Below, in pieces: positions 25,549 to 41,870 of a stretch of DNA of 64,000 nucleotides. This DNA is from the human T2T-CHM13v2.0 reference genome, Homo sapiens. The position numbers were made by a program, and so were the translations under genes. The notes under the pieces were generated by a model. That model was not told the origin of the DNA. It searched no databases and saw only the letters and a program-made list of their open reading frames with translations. Position 1 is the first letter of the stretch. Each line of letters opens with the position of its first letter. Location: the NCBI RefSeq assembly GCF_009914755.1, contig NC_060942.1. The stretch is one strand, 5' to 3'.

Positions 25549-26449
25549 AATATCTTTTAAAATGAAGTAATTGCAAAACTGCACATGTTTTCAAGATGTT
25601 ATTTAACTGGGAAAAAAGGTATTGACTGTTCTTAGCAGTTTCTTTTTTTCACATATGAGGAATATTTGTGGTTAAGTAGGTATCAAATTCAGAAACAAAA
25701 GACCATGCCTCTTCACAAGACGATTATCTCTCAAAAGGACCAAATAATTTTTATTCACAAATAAAAATACAAGATACCATTACAAAAATATAAATTTTAA
25801 ATTACATAGTACCTTAGTTGGGTTTATTTCGCTGGATTTCATCTATCTTAAGCCATTAATTGTGAGAAGCACCATTATTCTACCATACATGGCATTATTA
25901 AAGAAAAAAATGCTACTAAACGACTCAGTGTTTTAACAATAGTCACACTTGATGCATGAACCAGTCACACTTACTTCTAACCTATTCTGAGATTTTGGCA
26001 ACTGCTCCTGCTCTGAGATCCACTGTGGTGAGCAATATTCTATTATCAATCTCAACAACAAAAATTATACAGCTTCTTGAGGGCATCCTTCCTTTGCAGA
26101 GCTTATAAATACTCCATTGTTGCTTTGCAGGAAAATAAAAAAAATTACAGTCATTTCTCTAATGATGAATATTAGTTTCACAAATATCAAATTTACCTCC
26201 CATTGATCTCTTTCCATACCATCCTGCATATACAATTTTCATGTAATGTCAAACCATGGTATAATCCTTTAAAGATATTTTAAATGGCAATCATACACTC
26301 ACCTTCATTAAGCCATTCCTGCAATACCAACCACTCCTTCTCCAGCCATTTTCTGACATCAATCAATGGCCAAGAAAGGTCTCAAAAAGTTGCAGCAGTG
26401 TGTTATCTACTCCAAGGGCACAATATATGCAAGGTTTAAATTTCATTTC

Positions 26450-26933
26450 TGTATCGGTTTTCTATTTCTGCTATAACAAATGATCAAAGACTTAATGGCT
26501 TAAACAACCAATATTTATTATTACATACTTCTGGAAGTGAGAAGTCTCAACGGACTAAAATTTAAGCATCTATAGGTTCTAGGAGATGATTCATTTTCTT
26601 GCGTTTCCTATCCTCTAGAGGCTGTTTATATTCCTTGGCTAATGGCCCATTCTTGACATTATTCTGATATCTGCAACCACCTTCGGAGTCTGCTGCTTTG
26701 ACCATACGTCTGTTGTCATCTTCCCATCACCTTCTCTGACTGCACCCTTGCTCTTATGAGGATCCCTATGATTACACTGGACCCACCAAGATAACCCAAT
26801 ATAATCTCCACACTCAACATTTTAAATTTAATCATATCTGCAAAATCTCTTCCACTGTGTAAGGTAACACATTCATAGATTCTAGGGATTAGGACATGGA
26901 CATCTTTAGGTGGCCATTATTCTATTTATCACA
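26450..26933 (-). mobile_element. MaLR solo LTR (MLT1C/D-like)
   Basis: TG...CA termini; 'gtaaggtaacacattcatagattctagggattaggacatggacatcttt'; perfect TSD ATTTC. Confidence 0.9.
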
Positions 26934-28017
26934 ATTTCCTATTCAATTTCCTATCAAAGGTTTGAAGTAATATTAAAAACAACACAAAAATATGCCAATA
27001 TAAAAATACAAAATATAAATTCTAGAAATTTGAGTGTAATTCCCACCATATCAACAAATCATCAATGTGAAAAAAGTACAAATATCTAATACCTTTGCAT
27101 TAAAACTAAAGATGTTTTCATGTCCCAAAGAATTAAAGTCCAAAAATCTAATTACCTTTCCTTTGTGAATTCAAGTTAAATTAAATGAAAATTAAAAATT
27201 ATCTTATTCAACTTCTTAATTTTCTCAGCTTCAGCTAGAGAGTCATGATGCTCATGCAGAATCAATTCTTCCTCAGCTGTAGCACCTCAGCTGGGGCTGG
27301 CTCTCACCTCAATCTATAGTTTCCACAGGAATTCGCAAAGTATATTGCTTCAACAGTACTCTTCTATGTAATTCCACACCTTGATTTTTTGTTGGGAGAA
27401 GGGGCAGTGAAAGGGCCAAATTTTAAGGAGGTACAGTTTGCATGTAGTAAAATTTACCTATTTTAGGCACCCGGTTCTTAAATTTTAATACAAGTATATG
27501 ATCAAGTAATCTGGACAAAACCCAATTTTTCTATGTATTTTGACTTTCTATTATAAACTCACACACATTAAGGGGATGTTATGTCTTCCTGGAGAATTGA
27601 CCCCATTATCATTATATAACGCTCTTTTTTATCACTTGTTCTGAAGCCTCTTTTCTCTGAAAATAATGCACAGCTTTTTGCTGGATTAGTGTCTGTATGC
27701 TCTATCTTTCTTCACCAAGGTCAAATTGAAATAGCTTTTACTCTAAGGCTGCCACATGGCTGATAGAGCCACAAACTGACATTTGTTCTTAGAACTTACA
27801 GCTGGTTAAGACTACAAAAGGCTTCTGTGCCTTTGCTTAAGTCTGAATGGCACAAGCTCCTGGCTGTGAAAAATTAGGAGACAACAATACTTGCTCCTTG
27901 CAGACAGCTTCTCCCTAGAGAAAATCCCTTTCCTTTCACTCATGACCCACAATTAAAGTGGCCAAGGTACAGTCATGTAAATCACAGGCCAAAGAAACTC
28001 TCCTCTGCATTTGAATC

Positions 28018-28306
28018 TTTTTTAAAAATTTTATTTTTAATTGATAGATATTCCATTTGTATGTTTATGGGGCACAATGTAATATTATAATGCATGTATT
28101 ATTGTAGAATTATTAAATCAGCTTAATTAACTTATCTGTGACTTCTCATACTTATCATTTTCTATGGTGAGAACATTTAAATCCACTCTTTCAGCAATTT
28201 TGAAATATATTATACATTATTATTAACTATAGTCGATCATGCTGCCCAATAGATCACTAGAACTTTTTTCTTCTGTCTGACTGAAATTTTACACCCTTTG
28301 ACTAAC
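28018..28306 (-). mobile_element. L1MA 3' end fragment
   Basis: 'ttatggggcacaatgt...ggtgagaacatttaaatccactctttcagcaattttgaaatat...aatagatcactagaactt'. Confidence 0.8.
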
Positions 28307-29019
28307 TATTTTGAACAGAGTTCCACAAGTAGAAAGCTGCCCTAAAGGGACAGCTACCTGGATTTCACTACCTGTTCTATTTTTAGCATTTTCCAAATCC
28401 AGGTTGTTAAACTATTGCTTTGGTTCAGTAATTACTCTGCAAAGTTTAATTAATTTGTTTAATTAGTCTATGCTTAAATACCTTTAGTAATAGAAACCAA
28501 TTACGTCATCCAATATTTATCTTGTTATATTAAAAATACTCTTACTTTTCTTGAGCTGAAACTAGAGCCCTATAGCTTCCTCCATTAGCCCTACCTCTAT
28601 CTTTTTACAGGTATAAAAAGAGATTGAAATCTTCCTCCACATTGCCATTCATTCAAATGATTGAACTCATTATCTTTTCCATATTAGATCCATATTCATC
28701 CCTAGGATACTTCCTTATATGACATGATTCATATCTTTACCATCGTTTTGTAATAATCACTAACTAATCTTACTACTCTAAAAGTGAAGTGTACAGAATT
28801 GAATATCACACTTTATGTGTGGCTAGTTAAGTACAGATAAAAATGAGACTCTTAAGTACTGCATCCCTCAAGTCTCTTCTTCAGTGATCTTGTCCCCTGT
28901 GAACAGAAGTTAAGTCATGTTAGATTTTGGTTTTGAATAAAAGCACATTATTTCAAAGGCACTATTGATAAATAAAATAACTTCATCTCTTCATTTGCAA
29001 AGAAATTTTTTATGTTGAA

Positions 29020-31310
29020 GTTTAATCAAAAAAGAACAAAAGACATGGATAGGAGCAAAGTTGTAATGAAGTAAGAAAAGGTAATCATGTAGTAAATTGA
29101 ATCCACAGAAACAAATGAGAAGAGGTAGAAATGGTAATTAAGAAGTTTAATATAATAAGCTCTATAAATATGTATTTGTTCTTTCTTCCCTCATCGCACT
29201 TAAAATACATTAAATTATATGAAGTAATAATTATAACAATGTATTGTTGACCTTGTAATGTATATGAATATATTATGCATAGCAATAGTAGCACTGAAAT
29301 GAAGAAAAGAGAATAGAGGTATATGGGAGTAACATTTCTGCATTTCACTTGAATCAAGTTAGTACAAATACGAGGTAGATTCTGATAAGATGTATATAGT
29401 AAGGCCTAGATCAACCACTGAGATATCTTAAAAATACAGTAAAATATCATTACAGAAATTAAAATATTACACTAGACAGTATTCACTAAACGCAAAATAA
29501 ATGTGTAAAAGAGGAACAAAATATAAGACTATATGAGACAAATAGAAAATGAAAATTAAAATGGCAGGGCAATAAGTCAAGAAAAAGAAATAAAAAGCCT
29601 CCAGATTTGAATGGAAGAACCAAACTTATCTCTATTTGTAGATGACATAATCTTGAGTGTAAAAAAATCCTATAAAATCCACTTAAAATTATTATAAATA
29701 ATAATTCAGTTTAGTAAAGTTACAGGTAAAAGATAAATACACAAAATTGTATTTTACATTCTAACTAGGAAGAAAAAATAAATAAAAATTTGAAAAGTAA
29801 AAAATTTTATTTTATACACTAGCAATGAACAATTTAAGAACAAAATTAAGAAAATCATTCAATTTAGAATGTCATCTAAAAGAATAAGTTGCTTAGGATT
29901 AAATTTAACAAAAGATCTGCAAAACTTATACTCTGAAGCCACCTCTACAGTAATGATCACTGATGTGTTTCTTTTTGGATGTCTACTGTTTGGAGTTTGT
30001 TGAGGCTCTTTTCATCTTGAGATTTTTTTTTTCAGTAAATTTGTAAAATTTCAATCATTATTTCTTCAAATATTTTTTCCTTTTCTTTCTGTTTCTATGG
30101 GACTCCTATTACGTGTATTTTGCTATCCTTGATAGTGCTGTATTCATTTTTCTTCACATTTTTTTCTCGTTCCTTCAGATTAGATAATATCTACCGATCA
30201 AACTTTAAAATCATGGTTGTTCTGCTCTGCTGTCTTGAATCTGCTTTTTAGCCACTCTAGCAAATTTTTTATTTTGGCTACTGCATTTTTAAAATCTATA
30301 ACTTCTATTTAGTATTTTATTGTTTTTATTTACTATTAAATAACTCAGAAATCCTTAAAATCAACAGAGAAACTAAAACGTTTCTTAAAATTATTTGTTC
30401 AACACATATACACACACAATACACAGTACAGAAGCAATTGGTAGAGGAGCAAAAAACAAAATAAAACATAATCAATTTTCCTAGTGAGGCCAGATGCAGT
30501 TTCTCATATCTGTATCCTGGCAATTTCGGAAGCTGAGGCAGGAGGACTGCTTGAGGCCAGGAGTTTGAGAACAACCTGGGAAACATAGACAGAACCTGTC
30601 TCTACAAAAGAAATTAAAAATTAGCCGGGTGCGGTGGCACATGCCTGTAGCGCTAGCTTCTTGAGAGGCTGAGGCAGGAAGACTGCTTGTACCTGGGAGT
30701 TCAAGGCTGCAGTGAGCCATGATTGTACCACTGCACTCCAGTCTGAGTGACAAAGCCAGATCATGTCTAAAAAAAAGAATGCAAACAAATATGTCTAGTA
30801 TAATCTGCAGAAGAACCACTAAGGAAATAACCCAAAATTATAGTTAAAATCAACAGAAGAATTAATATGACAAATTCAAAATTATCAGCAAAGAATGCAA
30901 AAGTATCAGCAAAGAATTCAAACAGAAAAATCTAGAAGAAATATGTTTTAAAAAACCTACCAAAATGTCAGATGTAAACCCAGCCGTAACTATGGTTATA
31001 TTAAATGTGAATGGACACTTCAATCAAAAGGCAGAGATTGCTAGACTGACTAAAAAACATGACTTTTCTCAATGTTATCTATAAAATCCTACTTTATATT
31101 CAAAGACACAAGCAGGTTGGAAGGATAAAAAAATATATTCCATAGAAATAAATATGTACAAAAGAACTAGAGTGGTTTCATTACTATCACAGAAAATAGA
31201 CTTGAATACAAGAAATATTTCCAGAAACAAAGAGGGACATTTTATGAAGAAAACAAGGTTAATATATGAAGAAGATATGATAATTATAAATGTATATGCA
31301 CCTAACACTT
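29020..31310. mobile_element. Mosaic of old L1 fragments (plus-strand inter-ORF/RT, minus-strand ORF1 ~29955-30330, plus-strand endonuclease)
   Basis: RT motif 'ctatttgtagatgacataatctt' (~29631); EN region 'KEGHFMK...EEDMIIINVYAPN' in ORF 31154-31363. Confidence 0.75.
30488..30777 (+). mobile_element. AluJ
   Basis: J diagnostics 'tgcttgaggccaggagtt', 'gagttcaaggctgcagtgagccatgattg'. Confidence 0.9.
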
Positions 31311-32809
31311 ATAATATTAAAAATATAAATGTATTCATACCTAAATACTCCTTTCCTGCATAAGGAATGAGATGAATTCTACAATCTCCCTGTTCATGGG
31401 AGCTTGTAGCTCCCATGCTTTTGTGTCATGAGCTCTTCTCAGCGAAGAAAAATATTTTCCTTTGTTAATGTCTGACAAGTGTAATTTTGCAAGCAATTTC
31501 TAAGAAAAAAGAAGACACAAATACATAAGTGTTGAAAGTGTGTCCTGAAGTTATAAGTGTAAAGAAAGAAATCATTTACTTTTAGATGATTTGAGATCAC
31601 ATACTTTATATGGGCTTTGAGCCAACAACTAAAGCACATAAAATATTGTGTTCATGTATGATCTTAACTCTTTCACTTTCAGGTATTAGGTGGATTCACT
31701 CTGCTTAGGCTGAGTGTAAATTGTTCCAAGAATATTATACATGTTGGGATTTCACAATGTATACCATTGATTTTTAGGGAGCTTATTTTGTGAATTTGCC
31801 ATCTTGTAACGATTCAGCTCTAGAGAGTTGTAAGTTATGTCATTTTGTGCTCTGCTTTCCTTGATGAAAACATGTTTAGCTGGTCTTTAACATTAAATAT
31901 TTTCGTGAAAGCCAGTGTTCTTAATGTAGTCTTCTAGTTATTTATTATTATTAGTTTTGGAATTCTGCAGAGTACAACACATTGCCAGAAGTCTGGTATG
32001 ACATCCTGAAAAGTAATCTTGTGTTGTTTGTTCGGTTCTCTTGCCATAGAGCTAATTTTCTCAATAATAGCTACAATGGAAATAACAAATATAAAAGCTT
32101 CATTTTCTCATCCTTTAAAAAGCCTTTTAGCTCACTTTGAAATCCCCAAAGAATATATAGAAAAACACCTATCAACTGAAAAGTGCCAAAGCTAATGCTC
32201 TGTCTCAAAATTAAAGCACAGAGAAAAAGCCTCCAATACAGCTGCTAACTTCTTTGGTGTCTCTGAAGCATTCCTGCCAGTGTTAACTCACAAGGGCTCA
32301 TACTGCTGCTGAGGGCACTAACACAGACTTCTCCCACTTCTGCACACAGCCTACACTTTCTTGTAAATGATGAAGTAATGAAGTGAATTAAGTAACTTTG
32401 GAACTTGCATTGATATTTCGGACTAAGCACCACTGCTCACTCATGCATTGAAAGGATGAGATGTTGAATAGAATTTTTAAATTCTGAAGCATAAGTGCAA
32501 AGTAAGTGGCCCTAAATACCAGGAGCATTGGTTTTAAAATGCCATATTCCAAAGCTAAATGAAATTGTGGTCATCTGGATTCTCTAAGCCTAAAATCTTA
32601 CTTTATTTCAATTTCTAAAGCATTTCACCCAGGAGTGCTGGAGTGCCCTAATTTCCCCATTGATTTTCCCTGTGATGAAGACCATACATTTAAACTTTAA
32701 GCATAGTCATGAGGGAGGAACAAAATGAAAGTATCTAAGAATTCTGTATTCCCACAGCAGGCTCTAAATGGTCATAATATTGCAACCCACCCACTTTTGT
32801 TGACGTTTC

Positions 32810-33276
32810 AGATAGTGTTGGTGCTCTACCCGGAGAGCCTCGAATATCTTTTTTCCTTTGTTTCTATATTGGCTGGGAAGGGGAGAGAGGGAAACCACAT
32901 TTTGTGATTTTATCCCAACACTCGGTATGTGCAATTATTTTACAAAAGACTGACCGCAGGCTACCAGAGCCCCTATAATATGCCTTGTATAAAGATAAGC
33001 TAGCATCTAGGACTTAAATCTCCAACACCTCAGCTCAGAACTATTCTGAGGTGTAACTGACATTCCACAAAACTCTTGCAATATCAAGTTGAAGCCACCC
33101 TTTGTAGGACTTTGACTAAGACTGTACCTCATTTTACTTTTCCATTTCAAATCCCTTCCCTTCCTCAGCTTTCCCTACTCCCGTGTTAGTTTCCCATGGA
33201 GCCCTTTCTTTATAAATATCTTGCCTGTGAGTCCAAATCTTAATGTTGGCTTCTGGGGGTCTCAATCCATGACACA
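32810..33276 (+). mobile_element. ERVL solo LTR (LTR16-like)
   Basis: 'cacctcagctcagaactattctgaggtgtaact', ends 'aaatcttaatgttggcttctgggggtctcaatccatgacaca'. Confidence 0.6.
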
Positions 33277-34236
33277 ACCTGGTACCTTCGAATTAGGCCA
33301 CTCTGACATAAAGAATAAAGCCATTTTAATAAGGGTTATGTGGGAGGAGAAGGGGCTAGTGCTAGGAAGAGAAAAAATAGAGTGCTAGATATGCTTTACT
33401 ATCAGGTATCTTAACTTTACCACCCTTGCCTTGGTACTTTTTTGCCCCTTTCAAGGCCACTGTGCCTTTGAACTTTACCTAGAGTTCCCTTATATGAATG
33501 CCATTATTCGTTTTACTCATTGTTGTCCTTCTGTCCTAACATACCTGTTCATTCTCCTACTTCCCAGGGCTTTGGACACTATCCCGTAATCTGATTAAGC
33601 AATACTATAAAGAATTACTTAGTAACAATTATGAATAATTATTACTAGCCATTAGAGAGAGAGAGAGAGAGAGATATATATATATATACACCAAAACATC
33701 TATGGAATATATATTTAAATTAAAGCATTAAAATAGAAACATGAAAATGACTTAGTCCCTATCCTAAATAAATGTAATTTTAAAAAAGTATTATAATACA
33801 GCATGCACTCAAAATAGGACTTTTCAAACATCATAAGGGATATATGAACAAAGTACTATAAGTACTCAAAAAAAGAGAGGAAAGAAACCATGTGGCAAAC
33901 ATTTTTGCATATGATTTCATTGAAAATGTTAAGTTAGTCTATTGGCAAACCCAAGGCCTGGATAATAACCAGCTTATGCAAAGATGAACAAACAAAAGTA
34001 AATCAATGGAGAGTATGCACACAAAAAGAAACTGTTAAGTTAAATAATATAAAGAACTGGCTCCCACCTTCTACAGATAAGTAAATAAGTTCAATTAATT
34101 AAGCACTTGTCTGAGGCACATAGTAGGTAAATGTCAAAGATAAAATAGAAAGTCCAACTTCTGCATGCAAAGCATGCAGAAGAAAAAAATACTTTTTACA
34201 GTATTTCAGCCAAAGAAAGGAAAACATCACTGGAAT

Positions 34237-34410
34237 TGTTACATTAAAATTAGGGAGGCCATTGTTTTAGACTGAGCTCCTGTCCTGGGCCCTAACAGAC
34301 CAAACCAAACCAAAATGGTGTCACTCTTGCTAAATGCTACATAAACTGAAACATCAAGGAAACAGATACTAAACAAGACCATTTTTTTTTTCCCGAAAAT
34401 AGGAGTTTCC
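34237..34410 (+). mobile_element. ERV1-class LTR 5' fragment (subfamily uncertain)
   Basis: 'tgtta...gggaggccattgttttagactgagctcctg...cagaccaaaccaaaccaaaatggtgtcactc'. Confidence 0.55.
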
Positions 34411-35827
34411 AGTTGAATTTGTAGTAATTTTGTCTTTTGACAGAAATTAGATGTTACTTAGGAAGTTCAGTAATATAAGTTAGTAATTGAACCACCTACC
34501 TTTTCTGTATTATTCATTCTTGTACTAACTATAGAATAGATATTGTGCCATCTACTTAAACATTTTTAAAAATTAGATGAGATAAAACTCGTCGACGGTC
34601 ACAAAGTAAATAAGTGACAGAGAGGGGGTTGATCCCAGATCTTTTACTTCAAAGCCTCATATTTTACCTAGTTTCCTTCTGGCTATATGGAGACTGAGAG
34701 TCGAGGTTACCAGACAAAAGAGAGGGTAGGGGCAAAAAGACAGAACAGGGAAGTTTTTGAGTGTGTATGGGGAGAGGGACATTGCAGTTTAGTTGGGGTG
34801 TATGGTCAATGAACATCAGGGGAGTGACATAAACTGACAAAATGCTCTGATTGGGTGTAAGAAGTTTAGACTTGATGGATGGACAATGGGGTTCCATTGA
34901 AAGGTTTTAACCAAGGACAAACTATGGACAGAGTTGAGTTTTAATATGCTTACTTATCAGATTTTTAAAGTAATGGAGCTTCTCTATGTTAACCACAGAA
35001 GAAATCTTTACTGTTTTAGACAAAGTGTTTTTAATGAGATGGATTTGACGATCAGGTTAATTTCCTATGACATCCTTTAAATCATACCATATGGGATATT
35101 GCTGCTTTTATACGTACTTAAAATGGACTCTTTTTAACACTCGGACGCAATTATTACTAATGCCATCACAATAGATTAATAGCATAATGCCAGCTGTGCA
35201 TTCAACACAGAGCATCTAAGCCTCTCTATAGGGGTTATTATTCATCAATCAAATACAAACAAGTATGGGGAAAATGTAAATTTAATCCTGTAAGATATTG
35301 ATGAACAAAAGCTTCAGGTTGAGTGTTTGAGGTAATTGTAACATTTTGCATCTGGTGAAAGGCCAGACCATTAACAGAGACATTTATTTACTACAAGGCA
35401 AAAATTGGGAAGATTTGGGAGATCAACAATTTCAGGGACCAGACAGATGTCTCAGATGTCCCAGGACACTGCCTGGGATTATGTCTGATTTCTGGACTCT
35501 CTCTATCCTGGACGTGCATATTGACCAGCTGAAAGGGATGAAGGGAAGCTGGCAGAGGCATTAAGGAGCATTCAGCAGCAAGAAACGGACTGTAAGAATT
35601 AGGGAAGAAGACTGGCTCTGAAGCTTAGAGAAAGGGCATCACAGGTACTCTGTAACGCTCTGATCAGACCAAGGATGCTGTTCATATAGCACTTGTGCTG
35701 TAGACAGGACATTTCCAGATCCAAGGATCAGACAGAAGAATATTGACCCTAGCAGCATGAAGGACTGGAATAGAAAGTGACAATAATTTTTGAAGAGATA
35801 GTGAGACAGAACAAGAATACAAATCCA

Positions 35828-36070
35828 TTAATTCATTTAAAAATCCATTCATTCTATAAAAATTATTTGGATGCCTAATTTATTCCAGGCACTGTTCTGA
35901 GTGCTGGGGATACAACACTGCAAAAACAAACAGTGCAAAAACAAAGAAACAAACAAAGAAGAAAAGTTCTCTCCCTCTAGAAGCTCTCATTCCAGTGGAG
36001 AACATGGGCATCCAGCCACTATGGTGAACAAGTACATCTATGATGTGTCACATACTGGTAAGTGCTTTGA
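35828..36070 (-). mobile_element. L2 3' end remnant
   Basis: 'cattcattc...atgcctaatttattccaggcactgttctgagtgctggggataca...agctctcattccagtggag'. Confidence 0.75.
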
Positions 36071-36115
36071 AACAGGGTAACTACATAATGGTTGCAGCAA
36101 CTATAAATCAAAAAG

Positions 36116-36330
36116 ACCTTTAAACACCTTTCCTTCCATTCAGCCTTGGTGCCAGCCATTTGGGGATGTGTACTTTTTTGTCCTCCATCCTTCTTCACAT
36201 GTGCGTTTTGGCATGTGTTATAACTTGGCACTAAAATGCACATGTGAAGAAGGAAGGAGGACAGAAAAAAGAGTACCCATCCCCAAATGGCTGGCACCAA
36301 AGCTGAATGGAAGGAAAGGTCTTTAAAGGT
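36116..36330. repeat. ~215-bp inverted repeat (palindrome) centred on TTA|TAA at 36220/36221
   Basis: The reverse complement of the right arm matches the left arm; the peptide MAGTKAEWKER appears on both strands in the ORF track. Confidence 0.97.
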
Positions 36331-37619
36331 TAGAGAACAATCTACAATGTCACCAAAGTCACTTTCAGAGCAGGAAGGGAGTGTGTTATTTGCAAAGCAG
36401 CATGCCACCTTCTCTGTAATTTCTGAAGCAATAAAGGTACTGATGCAAGGATGTGAGAATGAATCCATTTCCCTTCCCTTAGGAACAGCACGGCACAGTT
36501 GACTTGCTTCTTTAAGCAGGAGTTTTGCTTTATTTTTAGAATGAAACTAAAGTTTATGGTATTACACATCTAGATGGTTAAAGTTTTCTAAATTATCAAT
36601 TACGGAGCCCAGGATTCTGAACTTAATGGACTGTACAGTAGGTTCATTAGAGTAAGACTAATTTTTACTATGTTATAATCTGTCTCTAATTTCAAAATAA
36701 TGGAAACTCCTAGAAATTGTTATCAAACTTTTAAAGCATTATCAGCTGTTGAAATATGTAGTCCTAAAGCAGAATCTCTGCAGCTGTGGACTAAGCCTCA
36801 CAATATTACCATCAACACTCACACATTGATTAAATACTAATGTGACCCCAAGGCTATTTCTAATTTTTTTCTTTCTATAGACCTCATACTTCTAAAGCTA
36901 TTAAGCTACTTTATTCTTCTGCTAATTATCTGAAATGTTATTAATTTGAAGCCTAAAATTCATAGAACTTCTTCAAAGCAACTTTACAACGTCAATGGAG
37001 TTGAAGTGAAAAATACAATGAAAACATGAAGAAAGTTTCAAATGGTCAATTTCCAAACTTCTAAACTTTAAGATACACACCATTCTAATCTCTCTGCTGA
37101 ATCAGTTAGTAAGCACAACAGTCTTGACCTAAAGAAGGAAAAAATATATTTATTAGCAACTATTTCACACCAGATTGATTATTCTCTCTCAAACATATTT
37201 TTGTAACAGTGTAATTGGTCAGTTTACTGTAGTCTAAAACAAATCGCATCTTATTTTCAACTTGTTAGTTAAACCTTGGCTTCCCCGATTTTGCTTTTAA
37301 AATGTTCTTTTACTCTCAGGTAGATATTGTTGCCACACATTGACATGGCATTCATTAAGCAACCATTCCTTTATTCAAAACTTCATTCAGCAAGCATTAA
37401 TTGATCAGTCATGACTAAGAATAAGGTGTTTGGATCCCATTCAAGAGTCTGTTCTTGTTAGAAGGGTGACATGGAGCAATGGATTTAACCTTTATAAACC
37501 TATTTTTCTCATTCAAAATATGGAGAAAGTAAGACTACTACTTCATCATGTTGCTATCTGTACTAAGGAAAATAATGCCAACTCTTGACACTCGCCCTGT
37601 ACCCTCTGTTCCAAATATA

Positions 37620-38340
<721 letters not shown>

Positions 38341-38670
38341 TTCATAGTTTATGCATAAATTCCATTATGATTACCTGCTGTGTGCAAGAGCCAATGAGTG
38401 CCCAGAGATCTTACTATGTGCAGTTATTGAGCAAAGCACTTCACAAAAGGTATCTTATATAACTTACTGAAATTTGTTTTTATAGGCAAGAAACAAATAT
38501 TTTAAAATTAGAAATAATTTCTCTAAAATCATTGCAGAATCAGTATTGGTAATGAAGCCTGCAATGATTAAAATTTGAGAGAGAAAAAAATCAATATAAA
38601 CATATATAGTCATAAAAACATTTTTTATTTTTATGTAATGTACATGTAATATATGTAATATATATTATAA

Positions 38671-39681
<1,011 letters not shown>

Positions 39682-41533
39682 TCATGTTTGATTTTAAAAG
39701 CCAAATAGGATTAAAATACTTACAACAAAAAACAATAGTCATCTGTCTCACCTTGGATTCCTCTTCCCCAAAGACTACCAATTCCAACTCATTTACTTGT
39801 TTCCTCTTGTATTTTTCTTCTTGTTTCTAAAAAGCATGCTTATAATCTTACTATATTATATGTTTTTTACATTTGAGATATGGATATTATCATTACATTC
39901 TAACCAGAGAAAATGGGGAGTTATTTTTCTTACATCTTCCCCTCTTTCTTGTAGAATATATATTTCATAGTTTGGTTATGCTATGTTAACATAATTCTGA
40001 CTATTGCAATGTTACTTTCAGCCAGTTGTAGAATACGAGGACACTAAGTGTCAATCCCATTGATACCTCCATCCCATGAGAACAGTAACCTTCTCTTCAT
40101 CCTGAAGAGGTCATTTGTATAATGTATTTACAAGAGACAGTTACCTTGTAGAGTGCAATAATTTCACCTCATTGTCACTCCCTTCAATGTCCTCGCTGGC
40201 TTCCAACCTGCAATGTAGCCATATCCCAGTATGTGTTAGGCAATCGATTGCCAATTTAGAACTACAAGAGAGAATTATAAATCAAAAGTATTACAAGATC
40301 TTGCTAAATTGTATCAGCATACACCTGGAAAGTAGGTGTGGAAATGTATTTTTATGATGCTAAATCAGGGAGGGAAAAATAATTTCAGATAGGGCTGAAT
40401 ATCTTAGTAGGGGTGCACTTCACAAAGATTCCAGATATAATGGGCTGTATCAAGCAGTTGATAGTATATTTCTTTATTTAATTTTACTTTGAATACTTTA
40501 CTTTGAATACTTTAGAAGCTTATTATGTGTTGCTTTAAATCTTCCTACAAGTATTCTGCTTAATTAATTCAGTGACTAAAACACCTAGACTCATTGGTGG
40601 CTGATTCTAAATAAGATTGAGATACTAGGTACTTTTTGCTATAATGTAGAGGAGGAATCCAAAATGTTAGGGCAGTAGATACATGTAATAAATGAAGCTG
40701 CCTGCACACCCTTCCTGTCTATGTTTTATGGGGAGGTATATGAGAAAGTGTCTTCATCATGACTTTCAGAAATACATGTACTGATAGAGGTAGAAATAGA
40801 ATATTTGAAAGTGCTATAATGGCTAATTTCCATTGGCCGCTGGGCAGTGGGAGATACTGTTAACTAAATGAATATTTATTTTCAGTGGCAATGCTGGAAG
40901 CAATCAAGAAGTAGCTCTAACTTAAAAGATGAAGATATACTTACTCTACTTTGGTCCAGAATGGTTGGAACTAGATAAATCTTTGGTGATTACTTATTGA
41001 TTACAGTGTTATTATCAATAAATTTTACGGCTACCCAGAAAGTTCCTATTTGGTAGATGGAATAAACCTTTTTGTTACATGTGCCAATAAGAGACCTGAT
41101 TGGAGCCACCAAAAGAGACATGGCCTAATACCTAACTCCCATATTTGTATCAGATCACAGAATCCAAGTCCTTCGAAGTAATGTGGGCAGACTGGAGCAA
41201 AGAAGCTCTGACAATATCATAAAAATGTATGTGAACTTCCTTCCTAGCCTTCTCTTATAGCTATTTTCCAGGATGCTGTGTACTGGGTAAAGAAAAATGC
41301 CCATACTCTTTAAGGATGATTGGGCACTGATTCTTAGCTAGTGCTAATTCTTGGAGATCCACAACATCACAGCAGACCACAGTGCGATTTTACTGGTGTT
41401 GGAGGATAAATGGATATACTGAAAAGTTACTAAGAATCCTACCCACATAGATTTCTTCACTAATGGACTTAGACAACATGTGATAGGAAATACAAGTTGG
41501 GAATCCCTAGAATTTTTCTTTCCTTCCAAAATA

Positions 41534-41870
41534 CAGTCATGCACTGCATAACAACATCTAGGTCAATGATGGACCACATATAGGATGCTGGTCCCATAAT
41601 ATTATAATACCATAATTTTACTGTACCTTTTCTATGTTTAGATATATTTATATATGCTATTACGTTACAATTGCCTATAGTATTCAGTATAGAAACATAC
41701 TGTACAGGTTTGTAGTCAAGGAGCAAAAAGCTACACCACATAGCTTAGGTATGTAGTAACCTGTACCATGTCGGTTTGCGTAAGTGACCTGATTGATGTT
41801 CACACAATGATGAAATTACCTAACAACACATTTCTCAGAATATATCCCATTTTTATGCAAGGCACAACTG
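41534..41870. mobile_element. Tigger3a/MER7A TcMar DNA transposon
   Basis: CAGTCATGC...CACAACTG termini; TA target duplication on both sides. Confidence 0.9.

Noticed and set aside
36019-36502. Two opposite-strand ORFs sharing MAGTKAEWKER
   Set aside because: A by-product of the DNA palindrome, not evidence of coding.
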